From positions 9,548,001-9,612,000 of the forward strand of contig NC_088855.1 of the NCBI RefSeq assembly GCF_963853765.1: a stretch of DNA of 64,000 bases, given 5' to 3'. Below the pieces are notes generated by a model, which worked only from the letters and a program-made list of their open reading frames with translations, was not told the origin of the DNA and searched no databases. The position numbers and the translations under genes are program-made. Source of the DNA: Magallana gigas. Lineage: Eukaryota. Positions 61,551 through 64,000 of the stretch are shown here, piece by piece. The first letter of the stretch is position 1. Each line of letters begins with the position of its first letter.

Positions 61551-61889
61551 TACTGTGGTTTCATTAATATTCAAGGGTATCAATTTTCGTGGATAAAGTG
61601 AAAATCACAGTTTCAAGGATATGTAAATTCATGGCCAATGACCCCTTCAAAACCAAAATGTTAATAGAAATTGCATTTCAATGAACATTTAATTTCGTGG
61701 ATCAACTTAAAAATGAAATCCACAAAAATTGGTATTCAACGAATATTGATGAAACCACAGGGGCTCGTCACGAAGTTTTTTCAACCTTTTATATATACCA
61801 CCTCTATACGTGTATTTTATAGTATAGAGGTGGTATATATAAAAGGTTGAAAAAACTTCGTGACGAGCCCCTGTGATGAAACCACAATA
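61551..61889. mobile_element. TA-type MITE (CTGTGGTTTCATTAATATTC TIR) with a nested insertion in its right TIR
   Basis: Left end TACTGTGGTTTCATTAATATTC; right end GAATATTGATGAAACCAC, interrupted and partly duplicated. Confidence 0.7.
61758..61873. mobile_element. 116-bp perfect-hairpin MITE with an 11-bp flanking duplication
   Basis: CAGGGGCTCGTCACGAAGTTTTTTCAACC..GGTTGAAAAAACTTCGTGACGAGCCCCTG. TGATGAAACCA occurs at 61747-61757 and 61874-61884. Confidence 0.85.
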
Positions 61890-61950
61890 TGAGATGCAAA
61901 TATCAAATCTCTAATATTTTGAGGTTTTGTTCCGATATATCTGATATAAC

Positions 61951-62560
61951 ATTATAGCGAGCGCAGCTCGCCGGCGCGCAGCGCCGGCGCGAAGCGAGCT
62001 CTACCGGCAAGGCGTGTGTGAATAGAAAATTCGGACTAGTTGCACATTCATTCAACGGATTTTTTTGGCGTCAGTAAATCGGACCAGTAATGCATCGTTT
62101 TAATCGTCCCAGTAGTTCCCTGTAATCATGGCAATTTTTATCACTTCACACTCTCACGAGAATCAGCAAGACAAATTTAGACAGTAAAAACAATAACGAT
62201 GTAAGCGACATACAGTCAATGTTACCTCTAAAGTTCATCTCAGTACACTTTCAATCAAAAATAATCGTGTGACGTCACAAACGTTTACACATTGATCCGA
62301 TATATTTTTTCGGAGTCAGTAAATTTTGACCCACAATTCATAGTACCAATGGTTTCCAACCTCACGTTCCAACATCACGTTCTCCCGAGAATCAAAGTAA
62401 AACCTTTGAAAAGCTTATAAGATGTGTAATTTTAAGAACATCATGCTTTTTAAGTAAATAAAACAGTATACTTCGCATACTTTTATTTCTCAGGGGAGTT
62501 TTAAAGAGTAAGACGACACTTAACCAACGTCAGCTTTGACGTCACAATAAGCACTGATAA
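61951..62560 (-). mobile_element. Possible non-autonomous Helitron/Helentron-like element (GC-rich terminal hairpins)
   Basis: ATTATAGCGAGCGCAGCTCGCCGGCGCGCAGCGCCGGCGCGAAGCGAGC forms a sharp GC-rich edge in AT-rich DNA. The distal boundary is uncertain. Confidence 0.4.
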
Positions 62561-64000
62561 GGGGAAATTACTCTAATTGAAGTTATTGTAAATCTGCTGA
62601 AATGACCAAAATCCTCTTAAAATCTTGCAAAGGCTAAGATAAAGAACAGCTGACGAATAAGGACATTTCTTCAGATACAGGAAACAGTTGTAAATTGCAC
62701 TAATTTGGATGAATGCTCACAAATATTTTATTCACTAGGCCTATAATTACGGTAATTTCCTGAAACGTAACGTTATACGTAGCTGCGCCTTTTTTTAAAG
62801 GGGGTGGGTGGGTGGATGGCAGCCTCATCTAAAAAATCTTTGCAAGCAAAAAGAAAAATAAATCATGAAAATTCTAATCCTTCAGCTCTTTAGCAGTTCA
62901 ATGGTTTCTTTATTTTCACTTCCATTTATTACATGCGGGGGGAGGGGGGGGGGGGGGGACAACACCATGTTCTTTTAACATGATAAGCAAATATTTTTAA
63001 GCGTAAATTAAAAATAAAATTAAACATTAATTATTTTTTTTTAAGTGGAGGGGCAAATCCATGGTAAGTCGATTTTCTATGTATAAATTGACAAAAATGA
63101 AAAAAATGTTAGCATGGGGGGAGCTCTATGATGAGTCAAGTTTTATATGTAAGTTTAAGAAAAAATGTCTACTGCAAAAAATGGGGAAATCAATCAATCA
63201 ATCATAATCACAATCACTTTAAAAGAGGAGATGCAGTGCAATGAATATTTATATATTAAAATCTTTATTATTTAACAACATTGTATCTGAGATTAAACTA
63301 TTGTTCTACATATAAATAAATAAATTATAACAAATCTTATAAACTATGAATAATGAAAATTTACTGAAAATAGGTATGTTTTATTTTTTGGCATTCAAAT
63401 TTCACGTCGTTAATTTTATTTTATTAATTTATTATAATTCATTGTTTGATCACATGCTGTGCTCGCCCCAACGGTCGCACCGTAAAACATATATAGATAT
63501 TCTAAATAAAATTTGCATGACCATTGATATCACTAAATGCAACATGTTGGAAACGTTAAAAGTTGCTTTTCATGTCAGAATATTAAAGGTCCCCGAAGAG
63601 AGCAATTAAAAGAAATCTCATGGGCATCAAAAACCCTGGTACAAATTTTCACTTCACATGAATTTACAATCACAAATTTTTTAGAGTTGTACTCTACAGA
63701 AATTGCAGATCCAGTCCTTGATAGCAACAGGAGCTGTACTTTTACCATACCAGTTACAAACAATGCTTTGTCCTTTGACTATTCATACAATGAATGAACA
63801 CATCAGACATAGACATACATTTACTGAATGCATTTTTAATTAAGTGGACACTTGAATCTTGTATCTCATACATTTAATTGCCGTTAAAAACTTATCGATA
63901 ATACATAAAAACAACATAGTTTCTTTATAGGTACTTTTGGCTATCATAAATTAACTTCAGCCCCTATTCCTAGTAAATCAGGAAAGGAAATACTATCACT

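Overview
AT-rich eukaryotic genomic DNA with spliceosomal introns. The repeats (166-bp satellite inside Helentron-like elements, Kolobok/MULE/hAT MITEs) resemble those of Crassostrea/Magallana oysters; that assignment is inferred from recall, not from a search. I built gene models by hand from splice sites and reading-frame phase. Minus strand: a 10-exon PLP-dependent Cys/Met gamma-lyase with a GC-AG intron, an intronless HAD phosphatase, tRNA-Glu(CTC), a secreted Arg/Lys/Tyr-rich protein, POP4, coactosin, a CUB-LDLa-TM receptor and a second TM protein with a partial LDLa module and two PY motifs. Plus strand: KDSR, PYURF, PRMT7 and the microprotein STMP1. The window also holds many non-autonomous transposons, a 1.8-kb foldback, two nested satellite-bearing Helentron-like elements, a LINE 3' fragment and one N gap. 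The best novelty candidates are the secreted cationic protein (10541-12270, mostly missed by the ORF track) and the intronless HAD phosphatase (6825-7328). No CRISPR array or prokaryote-type system is supported.
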